The position numbers were made by a program, and so were the translations under genes. A stretch of 64,000 bases of DNA from a virus (Duplodnaviria; Caudoviricetes), in the IMG/VR virus record IMGVR_UViG_2902759955_000002, positions 64,001 through 128,000 of that record. One strand, given 5' to 3'. How positions within the stretch are numbered: position 1 is the first letter of the stretch; each line of letters opens with the position of its first letter. This document shows, one piece after another, positions 1 through 7,727 of the stretch. The notes beneath the pieces are model-generated. The model searched no databases. It was not told the origin of the DNA and saw only the letters and a program-made list of their open reading frames with translations.

Positions 1-387
1 CTCCGTTTGTGGGGGAATGAGGCTTGTGATCTCGTACATCAGCTTCACATCGATGCCTGCGTCTTTCAGGTAGTCCGCTGCGATCCCAACGAAGAGATGT
101 CGATGGCAGAACACGCCCGCTTTGCAGTAGCAGGCGACAGCGATGGGAAGATGAATCGCTTTGAGCTTTTCCCATTCCTGCGGGAAGCGCTTCTTCGATA
201 TGGACATGCGCTGCAGATAGCGACGCGTGTACTCCTCTTCGGATAACTCACCGCGCTTGTACGCCATGACATCGTCAAAGCGTGGAGCGAAAGCGGGATT
301 GCCAGACTTCGCGGTTACATCAAGCAGATGAATGCCCAGGTCCCGGACCAGACGCCAGCGTGACAGCTGCACTTTGAAGAGCTTCAC
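1..387 (-). CDS. DUF488-like protein, 3' end runs off the window (absent from the ORF track)
   Basis: Manual translation from GTG at 387 (GTGA overlap with the upstream stop) is open to position 1: MKLFKVQLSRWRLVRDLGIHLLDVTAKSGNPAFAP...YTRRY...AVACYCKAGVFCHRHLF. The AP...Y..RY...CYC....CHRH pattern is typical of DUF488. Confidence 0.65.
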   Translation of the reverse strand, partial: MKLFKVQLSRWRLVRDLGIHLLDVTAKSGNPAFAPRFDDVMAYKRGELSEEEYTRRYLQRMSISKKRFPQEWEKLKAIHLPIAVACYCKAGVFCHRHLFVGIAADYLKDAGIDVKLMYEITSLIPPQTE

Positions 388-593
388 GACGGGTCTGATC
401 GCTGGTTGCATTTCGCATCCGGGTACTTGCTGGTACGAGTGGGGTGCGGACCATAACGACAGTCATCACAAATCACGCGACTGTCATAGGCACAATCGAA
501 GTCACTGCCGTTCGAGGTATTGGTCCACTCACCCAGACACTTCGGATGGCGGGTGGGTTGACTTCCGGGTGTCGTGATACGGATGACGTCCAT
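384..593 (-). CDS. small Cys-rich hypothetical protein
   Basis: ORF from ATG 593 (MDVIRITT...), contains CxxC; coupled to the downstream gene by GTGA overlap. Confidence 0.5.
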   Translation of the reverse strand: MDVIRITTPGSQPTRHPKCLGEWTNTSNGSDFDCAYDSRVICDDCRYGPHPTRTSKYPDAKCNQRSDPS

Positions 594-621
594 GGCGGGC
601 ACGAAAAAAGAAGAGGCAAAG

Positions 622-650
622 AAAAAGCCCCGCACTTGGCGGGGCTTCTT
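622..650 (-). terminator. intrinsic terminator
   Basis: AAGCCCCGC-loop-GCGGGGCTT stem with an A-run on its left (U-tract on the minus strand), just downstream of the 672 gene. Confidence 0.65.
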
Positions 651-671
651 GGGTACAGCAGGTCGGATGGC

Positions 672-1193
672 TTAGCTGCTGAAGACGCTCGCAGCGCTTT
701 CCTTCAACAGGGTCTTGACCTTGGCCAGTTCGCCGCGGTTCTTCGTACCGTAGGTCCGGTAGCCGACGGACAGCGCGCCGTGGGTGATCTTCGTGCCGCC
801 ATCAGCGGTCGGGTCGGTCACTTTCTTCGTGCGGTCATACACGAAGTCGAAGCCATCCTTGCCGGTCGTCGGCAGATCCAGCGTCGTGCGCTCCAGTTCC
901 TTGTGCTTCTTCATCACGTGTTCGGATTCTTCACCGAACGCGAGGCCGACGGCCGCTGCCAGCACCGTGTTGTGATCCTGCAGGCCTTCGATGATCGGCA
1001 CCATGTCGTTTTCGATGCCCGGGTACTTGGTCTTGATCGCTTCCGGCACGGCCAGGCCGAGATTTTCGACGTACCAGTTTTCCTTGATCGTACCCACGCC
1101 GGTCTTCGCGTCGATCTTGATGTCCTTGCGAACGGTAGCGGCGAGCTCGGACGTGGTCGGCTTCACTTTGACGATGGTCTTGGTATCGGACAT
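672..1193 (-). CDS. hypothetical protein
   Basis: ORF with likely start MSDTKTIV at 1193, preceded by AAGGAAG. Confidence 0.75.
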   Translation of the reverse strand: MSDTKTIVKVKPTTSELAATVRKDIKIDAKTGVGTIKENWYVENLGLAVPEAIKTKYPGIENDMVPIIEGLQDHNTVLAAAVGLAFGEESEHVMKKHKELERTTLDLPTTGKDGFDFVYDRTKKVTDPTADGGTKITHGALSVGYRTYGTKNRGELAKVKTLLKESAASVFSS

Positions 1194-1314
1194 GTTCTGC
1201 TTCCTTGATTGAGATTTGTAAAGGATGTGTAAGGGCTTGGAGGAACTACGCAAAGCAATCCGTCACGACTACACGAGTCCCTCCGTGTGGCGGTGCTGAA
1301 ACAGGGGGTGGGAA

Positions 1315-1776
1315 TTAGCGCCGGTACGCAGCGCGAGAATCGCTGCGGTACGGGTTTTCCCGAGGCCGAGATTGTGCCGGATAACGGCGTTCCGTTTCGT
1401 TACTGGCCGTAATAATCGGCCGGTCATCAACGCGGATTTTCTTCAACGCAGGCGTCGAGATCAGACGACCGCGAAGCATGAGAAGGCCTTCGGATTGGGC
1501 ATCCAAAGCTTTCTGCCGACCGAGCAGTACCGTGAACTTGCCTTCTTGTTTGAAGAAGGCGATGTCGCCATATTGCAACGCACGGTGTTCATCGGAGTCG
1601 CAGTTCTCCAACTCCACGCAGAAGTCCTTGTAGAGAATCGGATCCGCTACGTTGATGTCGTCGCGCGGGACATCGATGAGTGGCGCCTGGGCCATGAGAC
1701 CCAGGAGCTTACCCACCGGGTACTTCTCGCCTTTGAACAGCAGCTGTCGATTATCGCCACGGATATCGGTAATCAT
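1315..1776 (-). CDS. hypothetical protein
   Basis: 153-aa ORF with AAAGGA RBS. Confidence 0.75.
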   Translation of the reverse strand: MITDIRGDNRQLLFKGEKYPVGKLLGLMAQAPLIDVPRDDINVADPILYKDFCVELENCDSDEHRALQYGDIAFFKQEGKFTVLLGRQKALDAQSEGLLMLRGRLISTPALKKIRVDDRPIITASNETERRYPAQSRPRENPYRSDSRAAYRR

Positions 1777-1868
1777 CGGTCCTTTCTCTCTGTGGGTTCA
1801 GGATGAGCATAGGAAGGCCCTATGTCAGTAAGAAATGCCCAGGCGAACGTGCAATTCGTTGTACGGGC

Positions 1869-1900
1869 TCAAGTTGGTGATATGTGTCCGAACCTGATTT
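1869..1900 (-). promoter_or_regulatory. putative early (vRNAP) promoter
   Basis: Minus strand GGACACATATCACCAACTTG resembles the motif at 25271-25304 and the phiKZ early consensus TATATTAC. Confidence 0.5.
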
Positions 1901-1914
1901 GAATCCCGACAAGA

Positions 1915-1947
1915 CGGCATAAAGGCCAGCAGGTCGCCCTGCTGGCC
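1915..1947 (-). terminator. hairpin + TTTATGCCG element
   Basis: 10-bp stem GGCCAGCAGG/CCTGCTGGCC followed on the minus strand by TTTATGCCG, downstream of the protease gene. Confidence 0.65.
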
Positions 1948-1962
1948 CATGGGGTAGGTGCA

Positions 1963-2718
1963 CTACCAGTCGAGATAGGCGGGCTGCTTGGAGGGGTTGG
2001 TCCACCCGAGCGTCTGGAAGAGCTCGGCGGTACTGAGACGTACGGACTCCAGTGCCACGCTTCCGGTGGCGGGTGCCAGCACGGCGCGCTCGAGCTGACG
2101 CCGCGAGAACATCGTGTCCGCCATTTCTTCCAGCGCCGGCACGCTCCACTTGTTCGCTACGGCGAGACCCGGTTCATTGACCGCATCCCATGTGACAATG
2201 TTTTTCAGGATGCGGTTGGTCGTGCGACCGACCTGCGTGTCCTGCGTGAACGCACGGATGGAGAAGCAGACGTTCTCGTGCTTGTTCTCGAACGACGCCT
2301 GCAGCTGCTCACCCTTCGGCCCACATGGCTTGACCTTGCCCATGATCGCGATGACCTTGCGGCCCTGCTGATCCTTCACCCGGTCGAAGTCGAGCGTGAC
2401 TTCACGGATGTGGTGCGAGATCTCGCTCTCGTAGATGGACAGGATCCGCTGGGCGTAGGACTCGTAGCTTTGCGTGGGGGAGAGCTTCGGGTGACCGAAC
2501 TCGCCGCGCAGGGAGCCGGCGCCGACCCGCCGCATGAGCTGGCTCGATCCCGTGAAGAGATCCTTGGCCGGTTCATACGGGTAGAACTGGTCTACCGAGT
2601 TGTAGATGTTCAGGCCCCCGAGGACGACCTCGTAATAGCCATCATCGTCCGGTCGGAGCGTCCCGGCCTTATTGGTGCCATTCAAGGCGGTGAAACCAAA
2701 GCGAATGTATTCACTCAT
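1963..2718 (-). CDS. prohead (head maturation) protease, phiKZ gp175-like
   Basis: Motifs GYYEVVLGGLN, LRGEFGHP, SHHI, FSIR, TWDAVNEPG; C-terminal ALE putative self-cleavage sites; synteny with the vRNAP genes. Confidence 0.88.
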   Translation of the reverse strand: MSEYIRFGFTALNGTNKAGTLRPDDDGYYEVVLGGLNIYNSVDQFYPYEPAKDLFTGSSQLMRRVGAGSLRGEFGHPKLSPTQSYESYAQRILSIYESEISHHIREVTLDFDRVKDQQGRKVIAIMGKVKPCGPKGEQLQASFENKHENVCFSIRAFTQDTQVGRTTNRILKNIVTWDAVNEPGLAVANKWSVPALEEMADTMFSRRQLERAVLAPATGSVALESVRLSTAELFQTLGWTNPSKQPAYLDW

Positions 2719-2747
2719 GGCGATGTACTCTTCTTATCGGATGTGGC

Positions 2748-3476
2748 CTAGCCGTTGATGAGGAGGCTGTCGATGCGTTCCTGACGCTCGGACGGGGAGT
2801 TGAGCGCGCTGACCACCCCGCGGCTGAAGTACGAGCCCGCGAGCTTGGTGAAGGTGTTGTCGGCGGCGTATTCCACCGAGCGCAAGGGAATGAAGGCAGG
2901 CGGGTGCTTGACCAGCTCGTCCAGACTCTTGATAACCGCCCGGTAGTGCTGGTGGCGGTTCTCGGGGTTACGTGCCACCATCGAGATGAGCAGCTCGGTC
3001 ACCTCGTGGTTCTGCCCCACGTTGGCGCCAGCGTGATAGCGCGCGGTATCCAGAATGCGCGCGGCTTCTGAATAACCGATGTACCAGGGCCAGTGGCCAC
3101 CGGCGATGATCTCGTTGAACACGCGATAGACGAGCGTGTCCGCTTTCACGAGCATCGTGGTCGGGGTAATCGTCGCGCCCTTCTCGAAGAAGAACTCGTA
3201 GTACTCGTCGCCGTCGATGACGATATTCATCATCGAGGTCGGTTCGATGCGGATCATCGCGTTCACGAGCGACACCGCGAAGAAGCTGTCTTCCAGCACC
3301 ATCGCGTAGATGCCGTAGACGTAGGTCTCGATACCGATCGAGGCGAGACCACGCTCAGCAAACCGCGCCGGCACGTAGAGCTTTAACGGCTGCTGTGCAA
3401 TCAGCTTCCCATCTGCTGTCTCCAGGATGGCGCCCTTGACCCGCTCAGGGTCTCGAATGAGTTTTGATGGATCCAT
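2748..3476 (-). CDS. conserved phiKZ-like protein (gp176-like by position)
   Basis: 242-aa ORF in the operon between vRNAP beta and the protease. Confidence 0.7.
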   Translation of the reverse strand: MDPSKLIRDPERVKGAILETADGKLIAQQPLKLYVPARFAERGLASIGIETYVYGIYAMVLEDSFFAVSLVNAMIRIEPTSMMNIVIDGDEYYEFFFEKGATITPTTMLVKADTLVYRVFNEIIAGGHWPWYIGYSEAARILDTARYHAGANVGQNHEVTELLISMVARNPENRHQHYRAVIKSLDELVKHPPAFIPLRSVEYAADNTFTKLAGSYFSRGVVSALNSPSERQERIDSLLING

Positions 3477-3510
3477 AGCGGTGTCCTAGAGAAGCAGGGG
3501 AGGGTGAGGC

Positions 3511-4938
3511 TCAGTAGTGCTGGATGCGGAGCATCGACGCCACCCAGAAGGCGATGTAATCGACAATGCTCACCGTCGCGGCTTCGCGTACCGACAGAGT
3601 CGGATTCTCACGCTTGGCGCGATCGATCCCGCCGAGAATGCGTTCGGCATCGGTCTGGAAGTAGCGCGAGCGGCACACGAGCTTCAGGCAGAGGTTGTAG
3701 AGATCGTCCAGATCACCGAGCGTCACCAGCGCAAGCTGCTCATTGAAGAGTTTCACGATGAGGTCGCGGTTATGGTCGAACCCATCCGCGCCGTCGATGT
3801 GGTCGCTCAACTGCGCACGGAAGTGGTGGTTGAGCAGCTCCTTCGCCTTGTTGAAACGCTTGTTGGCTTCGGCCGTCTTGGTGATGCCCGTGTGGGTGTT
3901 CCAGCGCGTGGCCAACTGATCCTTCTTCGCCAGGATGGCGTCGAGGGACGTGGCGAGCGGCATCGTGAGCGCATTCGCGAAGAGCATCTCGTTCGTGCCG
4001 CCGGCTTCCAGGAACTGGCGATACACCGGTTCATAGACGACCGTCTTCGCCCCGACGATGTCGCGCACCAGGATGCCCGAACGCACCGAGCGCTCCACCT
4101 TATCCAGCGCCCGGCAGAGCGTGGCGCCCGCCTGATCCCGGAATTCAGCGAGCACGCCGCGGTAATTCGCGAGCGACATGTTCGTGCCTTCCATCGGCTT
4201 GCCTTCAAAGAGCTTGCGCGTGAAGAGGAACACGGCCAGCGCCACGTCCACCCCTTCCACCCGGTCACCGACCCATTCTGCAAAGTTACGGAATTTCGCG
4301 TCCGAGCCTTGCTGGAACATGCCCTTCCAGACACGGGAGAGGAAGCCATCGCCTTTGGCCGCGAGCCATTCCGCCACATCGCCATCGAGCGAACCGCTTC
4401 CCGAGCCGGCCAATTCAGCCAGCTCGCTCACCGTCATATCCGGCAACGCCAGCGACAACGAGGGGCTATCGAACGAGACACGCTCAAACTTGCGAATGGC
4501 GGCCTGCAGCGCGCCATTGTTCAGTGGCTTGGGTTCGCCCTGCACTTCGACTTCCATCCCGAGCAACGAGGACCGGGTCAGTTCACCCAGTGAGTCCGAC
4601 ACACGCGAGTACAGGTCTTTCACAACCGGTGCGACCACGCCACGGGCTACCGCGATGTGATTCTTGACGGCATCGCACGCGGTGGCGACGATGTCATCGA
4701 GCACGACGTCGTGTTCTGCGCAGCCGAGGAACGGCTGCTGCTTGTTGGCCATGACGCCGATATTCACGACGAGCTGACCCACATTGCCTTGGGCCATGTC
4801 ATAGAGACCGGAGTCCGAGCGGCTGGCGGCAACCAAGGCTTCGAGCGGGGTGCCCCCAACCGGATGCAGGGCGTAACCCGCAGCGTCCAGACGTTCGGTC
4901 AAGGGGAGCGAGCTCATCAGCTCTTTTTCATTCAACAT
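3511..4938 (-). CDS. conserved phiKZ-like protein (gp177-like by position)
   Basis: 475-aa ORF, synteny. Confidence 0.7.
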   Translation of the reverse strand: MLNEKELMSSLPLTERLDAAGYALHPVGGTPLEALVAASRSDSGLYDMAQGNVGQLVVNIGVMANKQQPFLGCAEHDVVLDDIVATACDAVKNHIAVARGVVAPVVKDLYSRVSDSLGELTRSSLLGMEVEVQGEPKPLNNGALQAAIRKFERVSFDSPSLSLALPDMTVSELAELAGSGSGSLDGDVAEWLAAKGDGFLSRVWKGMFQQGSDAKFRNFAEWVGDRVEGVDVALAVFLFTRKLFEGKPMEGTNMSLANYRGVLAEFRDQAGATLCRALDKVERSVRSGILVRDIVGAKTVVYEPVYRQFLEAGGTNEMLFANALTMPLATSLDAILAKKDQLATRWNTHTGITKTAEANKRFNKAKELLNHHFRAQLSDHIDGADGFDHNRDLIVKLFNEQLALVTLGDLDDLYNLCLKLVCRSRYFQTDAERILGGIDRAKRENPTLSVREAATVSIVDYIAFWVASMLRIQHY

Positions 4939-4953
4939 GGTGGATCGCTCCGG

Positions 4954-5142
4954 TTACAGGTAGGGTTGCACGGCGGCCTGAAAATTGGCCTGTGCGAGCT
5001 GGTCAATCACGTCGCTCGTCAGCGCAGCGCCCGCAATCGAATCAGCGACGTCATTGCCGATGACGCCCTGAACGACTGTGCGCACGAGTTTCGTGGCATT
5101 CGCGAGCGTCACGAGCGTCTTTTCAGATTCTCTGTTTTTCAT
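4954..5142 (-). CDS. small hypothetical protein
   Basis: Likely start MKNRESEK at 5142 with AGGA RBS. Confidence 0.55.
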   Translation of the reverse strand: MKNRESEKTLVTLANATKLVRTVVQGVIGNDVADSIAGAALTSDVIDQLAQANFQAAVQPYL

Positions 5143-5226
5143 GAGGATTCCTATCAGCAAAGCACGGAAGAGATAAACAAAACAGCAACAGATAGCGCAC
5201 CCGAAAGGCACGCTATCTGTCAGAGG

Positions 5227-6345
5227 TCACGAGTTGTACAGAGCGACGGCCTTGGCAGCGATGACATCGAGCAAGGTGTTGGTCGTCGCGATGACTTCGG
5301 GAGAGGACACAATCCGGTCAGCCACGGACTTGGCACCAAAGACAGCATCAACCTTCAAACCGGATTCAGTCCGAAGGTCGCGTTCCATCACGGCACCGAA
5401 CACCGTTTTCAGCTGATTACCGAAGACGCCTTTGTCGCCGACACCCGCAGCCACATCCGTCGTCACGTAGAACTGGATGGCGGCGGTATCCGGTTGGAGC
5501 GGGTTACCCTCGACACGGAAGGCTTCATCCACGCTGCCGTTGTAGCCCCGTTTGCCCGCAGCTCGAGAGCGGCGGATCATGGCGACATCGGAGGCGGCAG
5601 CGAGTTTGCGCAGGGAATCGGACATGTCCTCCAGATCCCCGTGATAGAACACATCGATGCGTTCGATCTGCCCCTTGGTTTTGGCCTGGGGCGTTTGCGC
5701 ACTGAGCACCCGCAGTGTGTCGAGCGACTCCTCATCAAAGAGGCGATTGCCCGCGGTCACGGCGTCTTCGATGACGCATAAAATATCTTCCGCCCCCACG
5801 CGTTCGCCTGTTTTGCGCACCTTGTGGATTTCCTGATCGAAGTTCACGACGATGGTTCGCATCTTCGTGGTCTTCGTCGAGAGCAACTCGGCCACCTCTT
5901 TCGAGATGGCGGAAGAGTCTTCCAGCGTCACCGTTGCTTCCATGAACACCGTCTTCACGGTGATCCCAGCCTTCCACACCACACCACGGGGATTGAGCAC
6001 ATCGCGCTCGAAGAACCCTTCGTTGTAGCAAAGGAGTTCACCCGGCCTGAAGACCTGTCCGACCCGTACTGCCGGGTTGACCTGGTGCGGCACAATCAGA
6101 CCGGCCGCGTTCCCGTAGCGTCGACCCAGTTCGATACCCTGGATCTGACCATCGTCGTACTGCACCTGCATGCCTTCTGGCGTCACCGAAATCACCTTCC
6201 CAGGCTTCTTCGCGGTGAGGGCAAATAGATCACTCGTGCGATGCGCAATGACCTGCTCGTAACCGGTACGCAGCGACGCCTGGCGATAGCCCTTGCAGGC
6301 GATGCCGTGCGACTGCTGGATCCCGATAAAGTTGACCCGTTTTGG
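5227..6345 (-). CDS. virion RNA polymerase beta subunit (gp178-like), exon 2
   Basis: Begins PKRVNFIGIQQSH, continuing exon 1 ...DRDD in frame; contains RTGYE, EDSSAIS and VGDKGVFGNQLKTV beta motifs. Confidence 0.9.
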   Translation of the reverse strand, partial: PKRVNFIGIQQSHGIACKGYRQASLRTGYEQVIAHRTSDLFALTAKKPGKVISVTPEGMQVQYDDGQIQGIELGRRYGNAAGLIVPHQVNPAVRVGQVFRPGELLCYNEGFFERDVLNPRGVVWKAGITVKTVFMEATVTLEDSSAISKEVAELLSTKTTKMRTIVVNFDQEIHKVRKTGERVGAEDILCVIEDAVTAGNRLFDEESLDTLRVLSAQTPQAKTKGQIERIDVFYHGDLEDMSDSLRKLAAASDVAMIRRSRAAGKRGYNGSVDEAFRVEGNPLQPDTAAIQFYVTTDVAAGVGDKGVFGNQLKTVFGAVMERDLRTESGLKVDAVFGAKSVADRIVSSPEVIATTNTLLDVIAAKAVALYNS

Positions 6346-6654
6346 CTTTATGTCCACTCCGTTCGCGACACGGAGCCGGTGTGCTATGACACCCGCCATT
6401 GGCTTTCCCAATGGAGCAGACTATATCTTCCTCCCAGAGGGAGGGTTCCCATTTCCCAGTCGCTTGACCGGTACACCGTGATAAGCGGTTAGTCGTTGAA
6501 CGTTTCTCCCTTTCGGGAGCTTCGCTGCGGATTGCCCAATCCTCACCTTTGTTACCGTACCTGAGTGATTAGTTCAGCCACGACGCCATTACTGCCGTCG
6601 CTTGGTAAGTGAGGCTCTAAGGGGGTCCCCGTCAGTAAGAGAACATTCAGTCAC

Positions 6655-7665
6655 TCATTGCTGAGTAACCGGACCCTGCTTGTTGCTTGAACGATCGTTG
6701 TAATACTTGAACTTTAGTCCGTCTGGGAAAACCGTCTTCCCTTCGCTTTTGAGCCGATAGGTGAGTGCAGTGGGACGTATGCCGAGGGCCTTGGCACAAT
6801 CAATCGCGGACAGGAAGATTTGCTCCTCTCCGGATGACTGATTTGTCACCAGGACCACGCGTTTCCCACTGAAGATCTCGTGCTCGTAATAGGGGTTCTG
6901 CACGTCTCGCCACGGCGTCTTATCCTCACGCCATTTCAATTGATGCATACCACTGACCACGGGTTGATTGGGCGCTGTCAACCACTGTTGTACGGTCGGT
7001 AGAGCCACGTCGAGATAACCCGCAAGCTGAGTAAGGGAGTCAAACCCCCGCACCTCGCCCGTCATGACGTTACGAGCATCCACTGGTCTCGTTCTCCCAT
7101 ACCACGTGAGGAGATCGCCAACTGAGACCGGCCATTCACTACCTGCCGCAGCGAGTCGATACTGCTTTCGTTCGGGGTACACCCGACACGAGTCAGCTTT
7201 GACTCTCCACGCTATCGCATCCTTCGAAATGCCGAGCGATCTGGCGCATTCGATCAGACTTGCGTATTCGTCAACTTGTCCAGAGTCGACATCACGAACC
7301 TGAATGGGTAGACACTTTCGCGTCAGCCCCAGTCTCCCCGCGTGCTCCGCGTTCTCCTGGTACGTTACCCATTCTAGGTTGTCGAGAGAGTCATTCTCCT
7401 TATTCCCGTCGATGTGGTTCACCACTAGATCTTTGACATCCTTCCCAGGATGTTTGAAGACGCAAGCAAGTAAGCGATGGCGACCGATAAGTGCCGTCGT
7501 CCCGGCATCGGAGGTCATCGAAAGGTTGTAGTAACCATTCGCTCCTCGCCAGCCAACGACTTCCTCAAACAGCGGGTGACTAATCACCGACCCAGTCTTA
7601 TCGATCAAGTATTGCGAATATCCCGGTATCTTGAAGAAACCCGAGAGGTGACTAAGTTCTGGCAT
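6655..7665 (-). CDS. intron-encoded HNH homing endonuclease (I-HmuI-like: NUMOD4 + HNH + NUMOD1/IENR1 repeats)
   Basis: IPGYSQYLIDKTG N-terminus; HRLLA...VNHIDGNKENDSLDNLEWVTYQENAEH; three repeats YASLIECARSLGI, FDSLTQLAGYLDV, FLSAIDCAKALGI. Confidence 0.9.
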   Translation of the reverse strand: MPELSHLSGFFKIPGYSQYLIDKTGSVISHPLFEEVVGWRGANGYYNLSMTSDAGTTALIGRHRLLACVFKHPGKDVKDLVVNHIDGNKENDSLDNLEWVTYQENAEHAGRLGLTRKCLPIQVRDVDSGQVDEYASLIECARSLGISKDAIAWRVKADSCRVYPERKQYRLAAAGSEWPVSVGDLLTWYGRTRPVDARNVMTGEVRGFDSLTQLAGYLDVALPTVQQWLTAPNQPVVSGMHQLKWREDKTPWRDVQNPYYEHEIFSGKRVVLVTNQSSGEEQIFLSAIDCAKALGIRPTALTYRLKSEGKTVFPDGLKFKYYNDRSSNKQGPVTQQ

Positions 7666-7671
7666 TACAGT

Positions 7672-7697
7672 CTCCTATCCTTTACATACGATAGGAG
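7672..7697 (-). promoter_or_regulatory. RBS-sequestering hairpin with TATG in the loop
   Basis: Minus strand CTCCTATC-gTATGtaaag-GATAGGAG, 6 nt upstream of the HNH ATG. Confidence 0.7.
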
Positions 7698-7727
7698 GGT
7701 TAACTTCGTTTCAATACAAAAGCGTTA

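Larger units (their letters stand above)
6346..7727 (-). mobile_element. group I self-splicing intron carrying an HNH endonuclease ORF
   Basis: Minus-strand core elements: P CTGACGGGGA, Q AATCCGCAGC, R GTTCAACGACTA, S AAGATATAGTC. Exon 1 ends in U, the intron starts UAA and ends in G; splicing restores DRDD-PKRVNF. Confidence 0.92.

Noticed and set aside
3517-5781. Long + strand ORFs (358 and 374 aa)
   Set aside because: Antisense shadows of conserved minus-strand genes, expected with GC-rich codon bias
6346-6411. ORF-track start of the 394-aa RNAP fragment
   Set aside because: The first 22 codons lie in the intron 3' region; the true exon starts at 6345
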